NCBI GenBank assembly: GCA_934167485.1
Contig: CAKPKL010000003.1
Location: 7,153-71,152 of the forward strand
Reading direction: 5' to 3'
Source: an uncultured Bacilli bacterium
GTDB taxonomy: Bacteria > Bacillota_I > Bacilli_A > RF39 > UBA660
DNA: 64,000 bases
Made by a program: the position numbers and the translations under genes. Positions 1 to 10,463 of this stretch are shown one piece after another. Each line of letters begins with the position of its first letter. Within the stretch, counting starts at the first letter, position 1. The notes under the pieces were generated by a model, which worked only from the letters and a program-made list of their open reading frames with translations, made no database searches and had not been told where the DNA came from.

Positions 1-243
1 GGAATACAAAGTGATGCTGAAAAACTTATTTTATTTATGTTTACAATAGATCCTACTTTTGAAGCAGCTAAAATTGCTGGAGAATGCAATAAAACTGATG
101 AAGTGGAATTTAAAATGATAAACAAATTTGGACTATATGATAAGAATTTAATAAAAATTGAAAACTTCTTTATTAAAAATTTTTTATCAAAAAAATATGA
201 AAAATCTATTAATGATGAAATTGAAAGAAGAGCTTTTAAATAG
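1..243 (+). CDS. hypothetical protein; possibly the 3' end of a gene that starts upstream of the window
   Basis: ORF 37..243 stays open to the window edge in the same frame; no recognisable motif. Confidence 0.25.
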   Translation, partial: GIQSDAEKLILFMFTIDPTFEAAKIAGECNKTDEVEFKMINKFGLYDKNLIKIENFFIKNFLSKKYEKSINDEIERRAFK

Positions 244-1525
244 TTCTTCTTTTTATTAGGTAATCACTAATTTCATCTAAATTCATTCTTCTAGAACCTT
301 TAATATAAATAAAAGTATTATCTAGATCTATTTGATTTAAGTAACTTATTAAATCAATATTGTTACTAAAATGTATCCCCTTTATATATTTAGAATATTT
401 GCCTATTGTTAATACTTTTCTATTTTTTATTTGTTTTAATTTTCTATCTATTTTTTTATGTATTTTTTTAGAATACTTACCTAGTTCTAATATATCACCT
501 ATAATTATAATTTTATTAGATTCTATATTTTTTAAATAATTAATACCAGCTATAAACGATTCATAACTTGAGTTATAGCAATCATTTATAATAGTACTAC
601 TTCCTATTTTCTTATAATTCATTCTTTTCTCTGTTATTTTAAAACTCTTAATTTTTTTTACTATATATTTCATTTTAATATTAAAATCTAAACATGTTTT
701 AATAGCTAATAATATATCTGGTATAAAGTGTATTCCTGGATTATTAAATACTATATTATATTCTTTATCAGTATAAATACAAAAAGATACTTTATCTATA
801 TCTTGCTTTATATTATAAGCTCTAAGTTTATTGTTTCTTTTTAAACCACACTTATATGATTTTGTTTTTTTTAAATATTTATCATCACCATTTACAATTA
901 AATTTTTTTGTTTCATTCCCTTTAATATACTTATCTTTTCCTTGAATATATTTTTTCTCTTTTTAAAATATTCTAAATGTGATGAACCTATATTAGTTAT
1001 AACAGCATAATCTGGATTACATAATTTTGATAAAAATTCTATTTCTCCCATATGATTTGATCCTAATTCCATAACTATTATATCTATAGAATTATTAAGA
1101 TTAAATAAAGTCTCGGATACTCCAATTAAATTATTATGACTACCTATATTACTTAATACATTATATTTAAAACTAAGAATATGCGCTATTAAATCTTTTG
1201 TTGTTGTTTTACCATTAGAGCCTGTAATTGCTATTAAAGGAACCGGGTATTTATCTCTAATATATCTTGCTGTTTTACACATAGCTCTATACGTATCTTC
1301 CACTTTAAAACATTCATCATAAGTACTATCACTATCTGTAATACATGCAATAGCTCCTTTTTTTATGGCTTCGTAAACAAAATCATTACCATCATAATTT
1401 TTACCCCTTAAAGCAATAAAAACATCTCCAGCCTCTATTAGTCTAGTATCTGTTCTTATATTGTTAATTATTTTACTCGAGTTACTTGAAATACCAATCA
1501 CTTTCAACAGTTCACTTAATTTCAT
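236..1525 (-). CDS. murF: UDP-N-acetylmuramoyl-tripeptide--D-alanyl-D-alanine ligase (Mur ligase, MurF-like)
   Basis: Mur ligase P-loop ITGSNGKTTTKDLIAHIL. N-terminal MurF-type substrate region D.R.IEAGDVFIALRG.NYDGNDF. 429 aa. Confidence 0.7.
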   Translation of the reverse strand: MKLSELLKVIGISSNSSKIINNIRTDTRLIEAGDVFIALRGKNYDGNDFVYEAIKKGAIACITDSDSTYDECFKVEDTYRAMCKTARYIRDKYPVPLIAITGSNGKTTTKDLIAHILSFKYNVLSNIGSHNNLIGVSETLFNLNNSIDIIVMELGSNHMGEIEFLSKLCNPDYAVITNIGSSHLEYFKKRKNIFKEKISILKGMKQKNLIVNGDDKYLKKTKSYKCGLKRNNKLRAYNIKQDIDKVSFCIYTDKEYNIVFNNPGIHFIPDILLAIKTCLDFNIKMKYIVKKIKSFKITEKRMNYKKIGSSTIINDCYNSSYESFIAGINYLKNIESNKIIIIGDILELGKYSKKIHKKIDRKLKQIKNRKVLTIGKYSKYIKGIHFSNNIDLISYLNQIDLDNTFIYIKGSRRMNLDEISDYLIKRRTI

Positions 1526-1579
1526 TAAATCACCAGTAAATTATATATATATTATATAGAAAATATGAAAAAAATAATC

Positions 1580-2167
1580 CTAAGAATTATTTTTTTCTTT
1601 ATATTTTAAAATTTTTTCTATGTAGCATTTACCACATAAAGGTTCATAGGTAGCATCTATTCCATCTATAGCCACAACATCACCTTCCGTTACATACTTA
1701 CCATTTATAATTCTTGCATTAAATCTTGCTTTTTTACCACATGAACATATTGTATAAAGTTCTTCTAATTCATCGGCAAGTGCGATTATATGTTTAGATC
1801 CTTCAAATAATTCTGCCTTAAAATTTGACTTTAAGCCATAACATATAACTGGTATATTATGAATTTTAGCAATTATCCATAATTCTTTTATTTGATCTTT
1901 TGACATAAATTGTACCTCATCTACTAATATACAATCTATATTCTTTAGTTTAACTTTTTTTAATATAGAATCATCAGGTAAAATTAAATAATCAACTTTT
2001 CTTTCTATCCCTAATCTAGAAACTATATTTTTATCACCTTTTTTATCAATACTAGGTTTAAGTATTATAATATTTTTACCTTTTTCTTCATAATTATAAG
2101 CAACTTGTAATAAAGCAGTTGTTTTACCACAATTCATAGCTCCATATCTAAAATAAAGTTTTGACAT
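1580..2167 (-). CDS. tdk: thymidine kinase
   Basis: N-terminus MSKLYFRYGAMNCGKTTALLQ (P-loop). C-terminal zinc ribbon CSCGKKA...CGKC. 195 aa. Confidence 0.85.
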   Translation of the reverse strand: MSKLYFRYGAMNCGKTTALLQVAYNYEEKGKNIIILKPSIDKKGDKNIVSRLGIERKVDYLILPDDSILKKVKLKNIDCILVDEVQFMSKDQIKELWIIAKIHNIPVICYGLKSNFKAELFEGSKHIIALADELEELYTICSCGKKARFNARIINGKYVTEGDVVAIDGIDATYEPLCGKCYIEKILKYKEKNNS

Positions 2168-2170
2168 AAA

Positions 2171-3091
2171 TTACCTCCTCGCTCTTGGATGAGCATTTAA
2201 ATATATATTTCTAATTTTTTCATTTGTCAAATGAGTATAAATTTGAGTAGTCGATAAATTTTCATGACCTAACAATTCTTGAACACTTCTAAGATCTGCT
2301 CCATCTTGTAACATATGTGTAGCAAAAGTATGTCTTAATACATGTGGAGAGATTTTTATTTTGATTCCTGCTATTATAGCAGCTTCATCTACTATAGTTC
2401 TTATTTCTCTTTCATTTATCTTTTTTCCAGTTTTGCTAAGTAATAAATAGTCTATATTATTTTTATTTAATTTATTATAACTTTCTTTAAAATACAAATT
2501 CAATAAATTTTTACATCTACTTCCAAAATAAACAATTCGTTCTTTATTACCTTTACCTGTTACTTTAATCGTTTCATTTGATATAGATATATCACTTACT
2601 TTAATATTTGTAATTTCTCCTACTCTTATACCAGTTGAATAAAGTATTTCAAGTATTAAAGAGTTTCTAATACTTACATAATTTTTATTATCAAATGCAT
2701 TAAGTAATTTTTCAGTATCATCAAAATTTAAATACTTTGGTAATTTTTTATCTAATTTAGGATTAGCTACAAGTAACATAGGATTATTATCTATAATATT
2801 TTCTTTCTTTAAATATTTAAAAAAACTTCTTAAAGAACTTATATGTCTTGATATTGTTTTATTAGTATATTTTAAGTCATATAAATAATTAATATAAAGT
2901 CTAATATCTTTATAATCTACAGCATTATAACTACTAATATTATTCTCATTTAAATATTCCAGAAATATAGACAAGTCTCTATAATAACCATCTATAGTCA
3001 ATTTTGAATAGTTTTTTTCTAACTTTTCTTCATCAAGAAAATTTAATATATATTCTCTCATATTATCACTACCTATATAATTATAACACAA
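2171..3091 (-). CDS. xerD: tyrosine recombinase XerC/XerD family; true start probably at MREYIL, about 3061
   Basis: C-terminal catalytic motifs HVLRHTFATHMLQDGADLRSVQELLGHENLSTTQIYTH. About 300 aa. No flanking phage genes. Confidence 0.75.
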   Translation of the reverse strand: MCYNYIGSDNMREYILNFLDEEKLEKNYSKLTIDGYYRDLSIFLEYLNENNISSYNAVDYKDIRLYINYLYDLKYTNKTISRHISSLRSFFKYLKKENIIDNNPMLLVANPKLDKKLPKYLNFDDTEKLLNAFDNKNYVSIRNSLILEILYSTGIRVGEITNIKVSDISISNETIKVTGKGNKERIVYFGSRCKNLLNLYFKESYNKLNKNNIDYLLLSKTGKKINEREIRTIVDEAAIIAGIKIKISPHVLRHTFATHMLQDGADLRSVQELLGHENLSTTQIYTHLTNEKIRNIYLNAHPRARR

Positions 3092-3106
3092 AAAAAGAGT
3101 AAAAAT

Positions 3107-4639
3107 CTACTCTTCTATATCATTCATACCACTTGTGAAAGATCCTACTAATTCATTAAATTTTAATATATTATTAGCTAAATCATTTTTATCAGATTCA
3201 AGTTTAATTTTATCTAAATTTAATTGAGTTCTTTCTTCATCTAAAGAATCTTTTTGTTTTCTTAGCATATCTTCTATACGATTTAATTCTTCTTTTCTAT
3301 CATCATAAGCACTTTGAACATCTTTTTCTACATTCTTAATTTTTGCTTTTTCTTGTTCTTTATATTCTTCAAATTCTTTTTTGTCTTTCTCTAAATTAGC
3401 TTGATATTCTTTTAAGGTATTTAATCTATTTTCTACCTCTTTTTTTGTTTCATTTAATTTATTTAAAACTTCTGCTTTATATGCATCAATTTCATCTAAT
3501 TGAGCTTTTTTAGTTTTTGAAACCTCTAATTGTAAAGCCTTTAATTCATCAAATCTTCTATCTATTTTATCTTTCATTTCTGAATTTTTCTTAAAAATAT
3601 CATAGGCTTCTTGTACGTTAGTACTCATTTTATCAAATAATTTATCTATATTAGTTTCATCTAATGGTTCTTCCTTATATTCAGTTAATTTATTTAACTC
3701 TTCTATTGGAGTGCCACCAAAAGTTTCACTAGATTTCTCTTCTGTTTCAGTTTCCACAGTTGAAGCAATTGGTTCTTCTATTGATTCATTTTGAACTTCT
3801 TGTTCTTCTTCTGGTTCAACAGGTTTGTTTTCATCTTGATTATCAGTCTCAATAGTATTTGCATCTGATTCTTTTGAAGCCTCAAAATCATTCTGTTGAA
3901 TATCTAATGGTATATCATTAATTTCAAAACTCATTGGAGTATTATCTTCACTAGATTCCACAGGCTCATTTAAAGTTTCTTCTGCTGTATTATCAATAGC
4001 ATTATTATCTTCAACTTGTTCTTGTTGTGAATTTAAATTAGCACTGTCATCAGTTAAATCATTAGAAACTACTGTATCATCTGCAGTATTTGATACATCT
4101 ACTTGATCATTATTTAATGTTTCTGGAGAATTAACTGGTCCTTCTTCTGATATCATTTCTTCATTTTGAGTTTCTTCTACTGGAGTCATTGGTGTTTGTT
4201 CATCTAAAGCCTCAGGCACTTCATTAGATTCAACACTCTCAGTTTGATTTTCTACTGGAGCAGCTTCTTGACTAGGAGTTGATTCTTCCATTGGAGTTGT
4301 TAAATCAACCTCTTTAGGTTCTTCTACTCTAGCATTAAAACTTCCATATGAATCATCACTATTTTGCATTTGTGAGTTTGAAAATTCATCTAATCCTGAC
4401 GAATAACCAGAGCCATAAAAATTGCTTGTATCAAAATGAGTATCTAAATCTGATGTAGTAACATTACTTGGAGTACTACTTTGTTCCACATTATTACTCA
4501 TCTCTTCATTAGCAAATAAATCCTCGTTTTCATAATTACTTTCACCTAAACCATTTATAGAACTATAGTTAAAATTATTTGTATTTTGTTGTTCTTCATT
4601 TCCTCCAAAGTTAAAAACATAATCTTCATTATTATTCAT
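3107..4639 (-). CDS. acidic low-complexity / coiled-coil protein of unknown function
   Basis: 510-aa ORF. N-terminal half is D/E/N/S/T-rich and disordered-looking. C-terminal ~180 aa has strong heptad coiled-coil character (KEVENRLNTLKEYQANLEKDKKEFEEYKEQEKAKI). Confidence 0.5.
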   Translation of the reverse strand: MNNNEDYVFNFGGNEEQQNTNNFNYSSINGLGESNYENEDLFANEEMSNNVEQSSTPSNVTTSDLDTHFDTSNFYGSGYSSGLDEFSNSQMQNSDDSYGSFNARVEEPKEVDLTTPMEESTPSQEAAPVENQTESVESNEVPEALDEQTPMTPVEETQNEEMISEEGPVNSPETLNNDQVDVSNTADDTVVSNDLTDDSANLNSQQEQVEDNNAIDNTAEETLNEPVESSEDNTPMSFEINDIPLDIQQNDFEASKESDANTIETDNQDENKPVEPEEEQEVQNESIEEPIASTVETETEEKSSETFGGTPIEELNKLTEYKEEPLDETNIDKLFDKMSTNVQEAYDIFKKNSEMKDKIDRRFDELKALQLEVSKTKKAQLDEIDAYKAEVLNKLNETKKEVENRLNTLKEYQANLEKDKKEFEEYKEQEKAKIKNVEKDVQSAYDDRKEELNRIEDMLRKQKDSLDEERTQLNLDKIKLESDKNDLANNILKFNELVGSFTSGMNDIEE

Positions 4640-4652
4640 ATAGCACCTCTTT

Positions 4653-5273
4653 TTATTCTTTATCCTCTAATATTGGTCTAAAATTTGAATTAAACTCACT
4701 AACAATTTGTTTAAATCTAGCACACTTTTGTTCTAAATTTTTTGTTTCTAATTCAATTTTTTTATTTGTTACTTCTTTGTATTTCTCTAATTGATTTCTT
4801 TGTGAATTAATTTTTTCTTCTTCCTGGTGTAACCTATCAAGTTCCAATGCTTTATATGACTTAAATTGTTCCTGTTCTTCTTTTAATTTATCTCTTTGAA
4901 TTTCCAACTCTTTTTTTATAAGTTCTAATTCTTTCAAAGAATTATCAGTATTTATTTTAAGTTCTTCTTCTGCTCTAGTAATTCCATCTCTTTTTAACTT
5001 AAAGAATTCTTCTAATTGAAGTTTCTTTTGCGCTACTTCTTGCTTTTGAACTTCCATATAACTTTCAAATTCTTGTTTAGCTCTATTTAATCTCTCTTTT
5101 TCATCAAAAAGTTCTTGTTCCTCTTCAAGGTTCAACTTCTTTTTTTCATTTAAACTATTAATATGAGCTTTAAAACTAGTAACATCCGAACTTAACTTAT
5201 TAAATAAATTATCTAACTCATTAAGATTCACTGACTCTTCTTTTGTATCAATTTCTCTAGTATCATTAAACAT
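4653..5273 (-). CDS. coiled-coil protein of unknown function
   Basis: 206 aa, almost entirely E/K/L/Q-rich heptad repeats. Tandem with the preceding acidic coiled-coil ORF. Confidence 0.45.
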   Translation of the reverse strand: MFNDTREIDTKEESVNLNELDNLFNKLSSDVTSFKAHINSLNEKKKLNLEEEQELFDEKERLNRAKQEFESYMEVQKQEVAQKKLQLEEFFKLKRDGITRAEEELKINTDNSLKELELIKKELEIQRDKLKEEQEQFKSYKALELDRLHQEEEKINSQRNQLEKYKEVTNKKIELETKNLEQKCARFKQIVSEFNSNFRPILEDKE

Positions 5274-5391
5274 ATTGTCACCCTTTTACTCTTCACAAAT
5301 CAATAGATAGTACTCTTCTACCATATTAACACTAAAATTGTATCATTTTTTTATAAAAAAAACAATACTTTAGAAGTAATATTTTTTTATT

Positions 5392-7554
5392 TTAGATTTT
5401 TTTAGGATTTATATCTATATCAAGTACTATATCATTTAACTGTTTTGATTTATCTGTTATAAATTTTAAATTATCATATATTTGTTTTAAATTTTTATAT
5501 TTAATAATTATTTGAATATAGTATTTATTATATATTTTAGGTATTGTACTTGCAGATGGGCCTAAAATTATTATATCTTTTGTATTTGTTTTTAAGTATT
5601 CTTTTATCTTGTTTACCTCTTTAAATAGTTTTTCATAATTAGTTCCATTTAATTTAATTAAACAAAGATTATAGTAAGGTGGATATTTTAATTTTTTTCT
5701 TATACTCATATCCTCATTATAAAAACTTAAATAATCATGATTACTAGCGCATATTATACTATAATGTTTAGTATTAAAACATTGAATTATTACTTTACCA
5801 GGTTTAGTAGATCTACCACTTCTACCAGCAACCTGATTTAGTAAAGAATAAGTTCTCTCACCACTTCTATAATCTGGTATATTTAATGTAGCATCACCAT
5901 TTATAACTCCTACTAGTGTGACATCATCAAAATCAAGTCCCTTAGAAATCATTTGTGTTCCGATTAAAATATTATACTTTTTATTTCTAAAATCATTTAC
6001 TATTCTTTCATGACTTCCTTTTCTTCTTGTTGTATCAATATCCATTCTAATAGTTTTAGCTTTATCAAAAAGATTGTTTACCTCTTCTTCTAATTTCTCA
6101 GTACCTATACCAAAATCATTAATTCTATCACTATTACATTCTGGACATCTATTTGGTTTATAAGTAGTATAATTACAATAATGACAATTAAGTTTATTAC
6201 CCATTTTATGATAAGTAAGTGGTATATCACAGTTTGGACACTTAATAACACTCCCACAATCTTTACAAGTAATAGTAGTAGAATAACCTCTTCTATTTAA
6301 TAAAAGTATTACCTGTTCATTCTTGTTTAATCTATCCGTTATATCATAAATAAGTTCATTAGATAATATTCTATTACCTTTTTTTATTTCAGTTTTCATA
6401 TCTATTATTTTTACTAAAGGTAAATTTTTATTAACTCTTGTTTTTAAAGTAAGTAATTTATATGCACCTGTACAAGCTCTAGTATAACTTTCAATAGAAG
6501 GAGTAGCACTTCCAAGTATTAATGGGCAATTATAAGTTTTAGCTCTCTTGATTGCAATATCAACTGCATTATATCTAGGATTATTATCTTGCTTATATGT
6601 ATCTGAATGTTCCTCATCTAATATAATTAACCCAATATTAGTAAAAGGCGCAAATACGGCACTTCTTGCTCCTATTACTATTTTAACTTCTCCCCTTAAA
6701 ATCTTTCTCCATTCATCATACTTTTCTCCATCTGATAACGCACTATGAAGAACAGCTATAGAACTTTTAAATCTACTTTTGAAAATATTTACTAATTGTG
6801 GAGTTAAACTAATTTCTGGAACAAGGACAATAACCTCTTTTCCATTTTTTAAGACTTCTTCTATTATATGCATATAAACTTCAGTTTTACCACTACCAGT
6901 AACTCCAAATAGTAAATATGGATTAAATTCATTTAAAGAGTTTAAAACTTCATCTACTACATTTTGTTGTTCTTCATTTAATATAACTTGTTTATCTTTA
7001 TAATTAGTACTTAGATTAGTTCTATAAACTTCTTCTTTAATCTCTTTTACTATATTATTTTTTATTAAAGTATTAATACTACTAACTGATATTTTAGTTA
7101 ATTCACTTTTTAATACTTTACCATTTTTTAATAAATCAATTATTTCTTTTTGATTATCATTGCGAGGAATATAATCCTTATTAGTAAGTTCTATATATGT
7201 TACAAATTTCTTATTAATATTAAAATCCTTATGAGCTTTTAAAGCACTTGGTAACATAGTTTGATAAGCACTTATCAAATTACATAAAGTACGACTACTG
7301 ATATATTTACCTAATTCAAGCATTTCTTTATTTAAAACCGGTTCTTCATCTATTACTTCTATAATTGATTTTAATTCATAATCTACATTTATATTGTTAT
7401 AAGTATTCAAAACAAATCCTTCTAATTTTTGTCTACCAAATGGAACTAGAACTCTTTTACCTATTAAATTACTATTAATATTATCAGGTATAATATAAGT
7501 AAATGTTTTATCTATTTTTTTTGTTTTAAGTTCTACAAGTACATCAGCATACAT
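5392..7554 (-). CDS. priA: primosomal protein N' (PriA helicase)
   Basis: Walker A GVTGSGKTEVY, DEAH-like LIILDEEHSD, and zinc-finger insertion CKDCGSVIKCPNCDIPLTYH...CHYCNY...CPECNS. 720 aa. Confidence 0.85.
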   Translation of the reverse strand: MYADVLVELKTKKIDKTFTYIIPDNINSNLIGKRVLVPFGRQKLEGFVLNTYNNINVDYELKSIIEVIDEEPVLNKEMLELGKYISSRTLCNLISAYQTMLPSALKAHKDFNINKKFVTYIELTNKDYIPRNDNQKEIIDLLKNGKVLKSELTKISVSSINTLIKNNIVKEIKEEVYRTNLSTNYKDKQVILNEEQQNVVDEVLNSLNEFNPYLLFGVTGSGKTEVYMHIIEEVLKNGKEVIVLVPEISLTPQLVNIFKSRFKSSIAVLHSALSDGEKYDEWRKILRGEVKIVIGARSAVFAPFTNIGLIILDEEHSDTYKQDNNPRYNAVDIAIKRAKTYNCPLILGSATPSIESYTRACTGAYKLLTLKTRVNKNLPLVKIIDMKTEIKKGNRILSNELIYDITDRLNKNEQVILLLNRRGYSTTITCKDCGSVIKCPNCDIPLTYHKMGNKLNCHYCNYTTYKPNRCPECNSDRINDFGIGTEKLEEEVNNLFDKAKTIRMDIDTTRRKGSHERIVNDFRNKKYNILIGTQMISKGLDFDDVTLVGVINGDATLNIPDYRSGERTYSLLNQVAGRSGRSTKPGKVIIQCFNTKHYSIICASNHDYLSFYNEDMSIRKKLKYPPYYNLCLIKLNGTNYEKLFKEVNKIKEYLKTNTKDIIILGPSASTIPKIYNKYYIQIIIKYKNLKQIYDNLKFITDKSKQLNDIVLDIDINPKKI

Positions 7555-7654
7555 ACTATCACCCTACATAAATTATACTATATTTTTTTTAAGTAATAAA
7601 GAAAAAAGGATATAAATTTATCCTAATTAAAAATTTTATGCTTAGTAATTTGTT

Positions 7655-9545
7655 TTAAATATCTAAACTATAAGGACTATTTGCAGTTCCCTCTCCTCCG
7701 GTTATATAGACCATAGATGATAGAGTTATAACTGGACGAGACGCAAGCCACGTGGCCACAGCGCCGCTGCCGCCACTAATCCCGCTGCCGTACACATGCG
7801 ACACATTGACAGACGAAGAAATCCATCTGTTTGTATACCAGAAATTAATATTTAAATCATTTCCTGTATACATTTCTCCCCAACTTGGTAAGACTACATT
7901 AAGTGTCACTTCTCCATCTTCATCTAATATACTATAATCTCTTGCGTATCCACTCTGTTTTAATTTAACTGTTGTTGGTATTATCATACTCTTTGCTTTA
8001 TCACTATACCAATTATAAAAACTGTTTGTTGCATTATTTAAATAGTATGGTAAGCTCTCTCCTGTGTTAACGATGAATTCTCCTTCACCTTTCATTAAAT
8101 CAAACCTGTTATGATTTGTACATCCTCCTGTATAATAATTATCACCATTAATGTTTTCTTCTCCATATTTCTTTTCTGGTGAATACAAACAACTCGTTGA
8201 TCCTTCGCCTGAGTCTATACTATAAAATGGTATGTATATTCCAGATCTTATTGCTACTGTATCTGGTAAGTTTCTTAATACATCTGCTCTTTCTACTTTT
8301 ATACTTCCATCACTATTTATCTCTACTATTCTATATCTTACTTTTGATGTGCTTGTTTTATTACTTACTTTATTTATATATGTTTCATTTATTTCTGTTA
8401 CATATGGATTACTTGATTCATCTAAATATACATAATCTCCTACTTTTCCTAAGTTAAGCTTTGTGTTCTTATTTAAGTTTCTTTCACTACTTAATATATA
8501 TGGATTAGCTCTTGTTCCTTTGCCACTTTTTACAAGTACATTATCTTTTATGCTTATTACTGGTCTTACTCCTAATCCATATGTATTTGTACTATACTCT
8601 ATTGATAATTTACTTGAATTCTCATAATAAGTTTGCCAGTTGTTATTTGATGATGTATTGTTTGGTGTTATAAGCCAAGATAATTCATCTTCATCTAGAT
8701 ATGATCCTCCATCTTGAATTGTCATTTCATCTAAAGCATATATATAATCTTCATATGTTAATAGTCCTACTTTTTCTGTTATTTTATTTGTACAAGATGT
8801 CATTTTTGTATATGAGTCTGGGGTTACATCTACTGGATCTATACAAAACTCTGTTTCTTTAATCAAGTCTGTTCTTTCTAATCTACTATAGAAATATTCA
8901 TTTAACCATTTCTTTACCCAAGATGAGTTCCAATCGTTTGTTTCTCCATAAGCAATAGAAGTTAATGATACAGGTGATACTAACTTAATTGTATTATTTG
9001 TATCATTTGTCTCCATTACTTCCCATAGTTGACCTGAGTATAGTACATAGTTATTCATAATTGTTTGTTCATCTTTTGTTCCATACACTTTATTTACTGT
9101 ATTTCCATTTACTACTACATTTTTCTTTATATGTTTTGTATCACTTTCTATTAAACTCTTTAATGTTTTATAATCGCCTATAGAATCTCTTCCCTCATAA
9201 TAAAATATATAATCTGTATCATTCATATATACAAATACTTTTTTGTTTTCATCTTCATCTGTATTTTGTATATATCCTTTACTTTTTAATTCTCCTATTG
9301 TTATTTCACTTGGAGCTGATTCATTTTTTGTTTCATATTCTGATACTATGTAAAGTTTAGCTGCTCTTTCTATATTCTCTATACTTCTTTCTTTTGCCGC
9401 TGCTTTACTATCTGTTATTATATCTAACACTATTGGTGTAGCTATTAAAACTATAATTGCTAGTATTACTATAACAGCTAAAAGTTCTATTAGGGTAAAT
9501 CCTTTACTATAGGTTACCCCCCCCCCAGGCGTTATTTTTTCTCAT
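7655..9545 (-). CDS. large type IV pilin-like protein, phase-variable; currently frame-disrupted by a G10 tract just after the start codon
   Basis: The annotated ORF (7655..9430) lacks a signal and begins at a GTG. The same frame continues upstream through KGFTLIELLAVIVILAIIVLIATP, a class III pilin signal, to G10 (9517-9526 on +). ATG at 9545 with RBS aaGGtaGGGa. In frame only if nG is 9 or 12. Confidence 0.6.
9517..9526 (-). repeat. homopolymeric poly-G tract (10 nt) in the pilin leader codons; candidate slipped-strand phase-variation site
   Basis: Ten consecutive C on + (G on the coding strand) in a ~25% GC context. Flank aaaaataacgcct[G10]ta is shared with the two other tracts. Confidence 0.8.
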
Positions 9546-9579
9546 TCTTATCCCTACCTTCTTATTTTTAACTATATTT

Positions 9580-9608
9580 ATTATACTAAAAAAATATAGA
9601 TTAATCAA
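9580..9608 (-). promoter_or_regulatory. sigma-A-type promoter TTGATT-17-TATAAT (repeat-element copy A) driving pilin-like gene 7655..9545
   Basis: Minus strand reads ttgattaatctatatttttttagtataat. Same ~35-bp element at 23554-23582 and, inverted, at 29836-29870. Confidence 0.6.
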
Positions 9609-9612
9609 TAAC

Positions 9613-10455
9613 CTATATTTTATATTTACTATAGAATTTATCTATTTGAGATTTTTTATTTGTACTTATTTTATCTTTAAATAACTTATCATATTCATAT
9701 TTAAGAACTGTTATATGTTTTGCATCTACATCATTTGTTGGATACATTGTTATAATATCATTTGTATTTGGAACTACTACAACTTTTATAAAATTATACA
9801 AATCTCCAGCACTACTTCCTATATTTGAAACACTAAAATAATGCACTTCCAACATATCTCTTTTATTGGCTTTATTTTTATTATCTATTTGATCTCTTAC
9901 TATATTAAATAAATATTCTAAATCAATATTCTTATTAAAATAAACCTGATTATTATCTTCATTACTTGATATATGATCACTTATATGTTCTAAAGCTAGA
10001 TTTGAATCATAATTTTGTATTTGACTTTTTAACATATCACATCTATCGCCCATTTTAAAATTACAATACATTCCTAATTGTTTTTTCATAACTAATTCAG
10101 ATATAGCAAGTGAATGACCTTTTATTCCCTCTTTACCGTATAACATTGGAAGAAGTTCTAAGGCTTCATTATACATATTTAGGTGATAATATAATAAATA
10201 TAATTCTAGCATAGCATACTCATTATCTTTATATTTAATAGCTTTTGAAAGTTCATTTAACGCTTCATTATACATTTCTAATTCTCTATAAGCCTTAGCC
10301 CTCATAAGTAGTATTTTTTTACCATTATCGCAATAACTCATAAACTTTTCTGATGCTTTCAAAAAATTAGAATATTTACCAGTTTTATATAAATTAACTA
10401 ATCTTGTATAAAAATTATCGTTGATTCTTCTTTTACTAAATTCACTATTACTCAT
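9613..10455 (-). CDS. TPR-repeat-like protein
   Basis: Repeated A..Y.E/AL..L..A helical motifs (AKAYRELEMYNEALNELSKAIKY...YNEALELL). Confidence 0.45.
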   Translation of the reverse strand: MSNSEFSKRRINDNFYTRLVNLYKTGKYSNFLKASEKFMSYCDNGKKILLMRAKAYRELEMYNEALNELSKAIKYKDNEYAMLELYLLYYHLNMYNEALELLPMLYGKEGIKGHSLAISELVMKKQLGMYCNFKMGDRCDMLKSQIQNYDSNLALEHISDHISSNEDNNQVYFNKNIDLEYLFNIVRDQIDNKNKANKRDMLEVHYFSVSNIGSSAGDLYNFIKVVVVPNTNDIITMYPTNDVDAKHITVLKYEYDKLFKDKISTNKKSQIDKFYSKYKI

Positions 10456-10463
10456 AAATTCTC

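Noticed and set aside
2171-3091. XerD-like recombinase as marker of an integrated mobile element
   Set aside because: No flanking phage or plasmid genes or direct repeats. The context (tdk, priA) is chromosomal housekeeping, so it is most likely the chromosomal dimer-resolution recombinase.
6548-6748. + strand 66-aa ORF inside priA
   Set aside because: Antisense to a well-supported helicase gene; no motif or translation signals.
8179-8457. + strand ORFs (8179..8457, 8232..8435) with L/F/Y-rich low-complexity translations
   Set aside because: Antisense to the pilin-like CDS in AT-rich DNA. No RBS and extreme composition typical of spurious frames.
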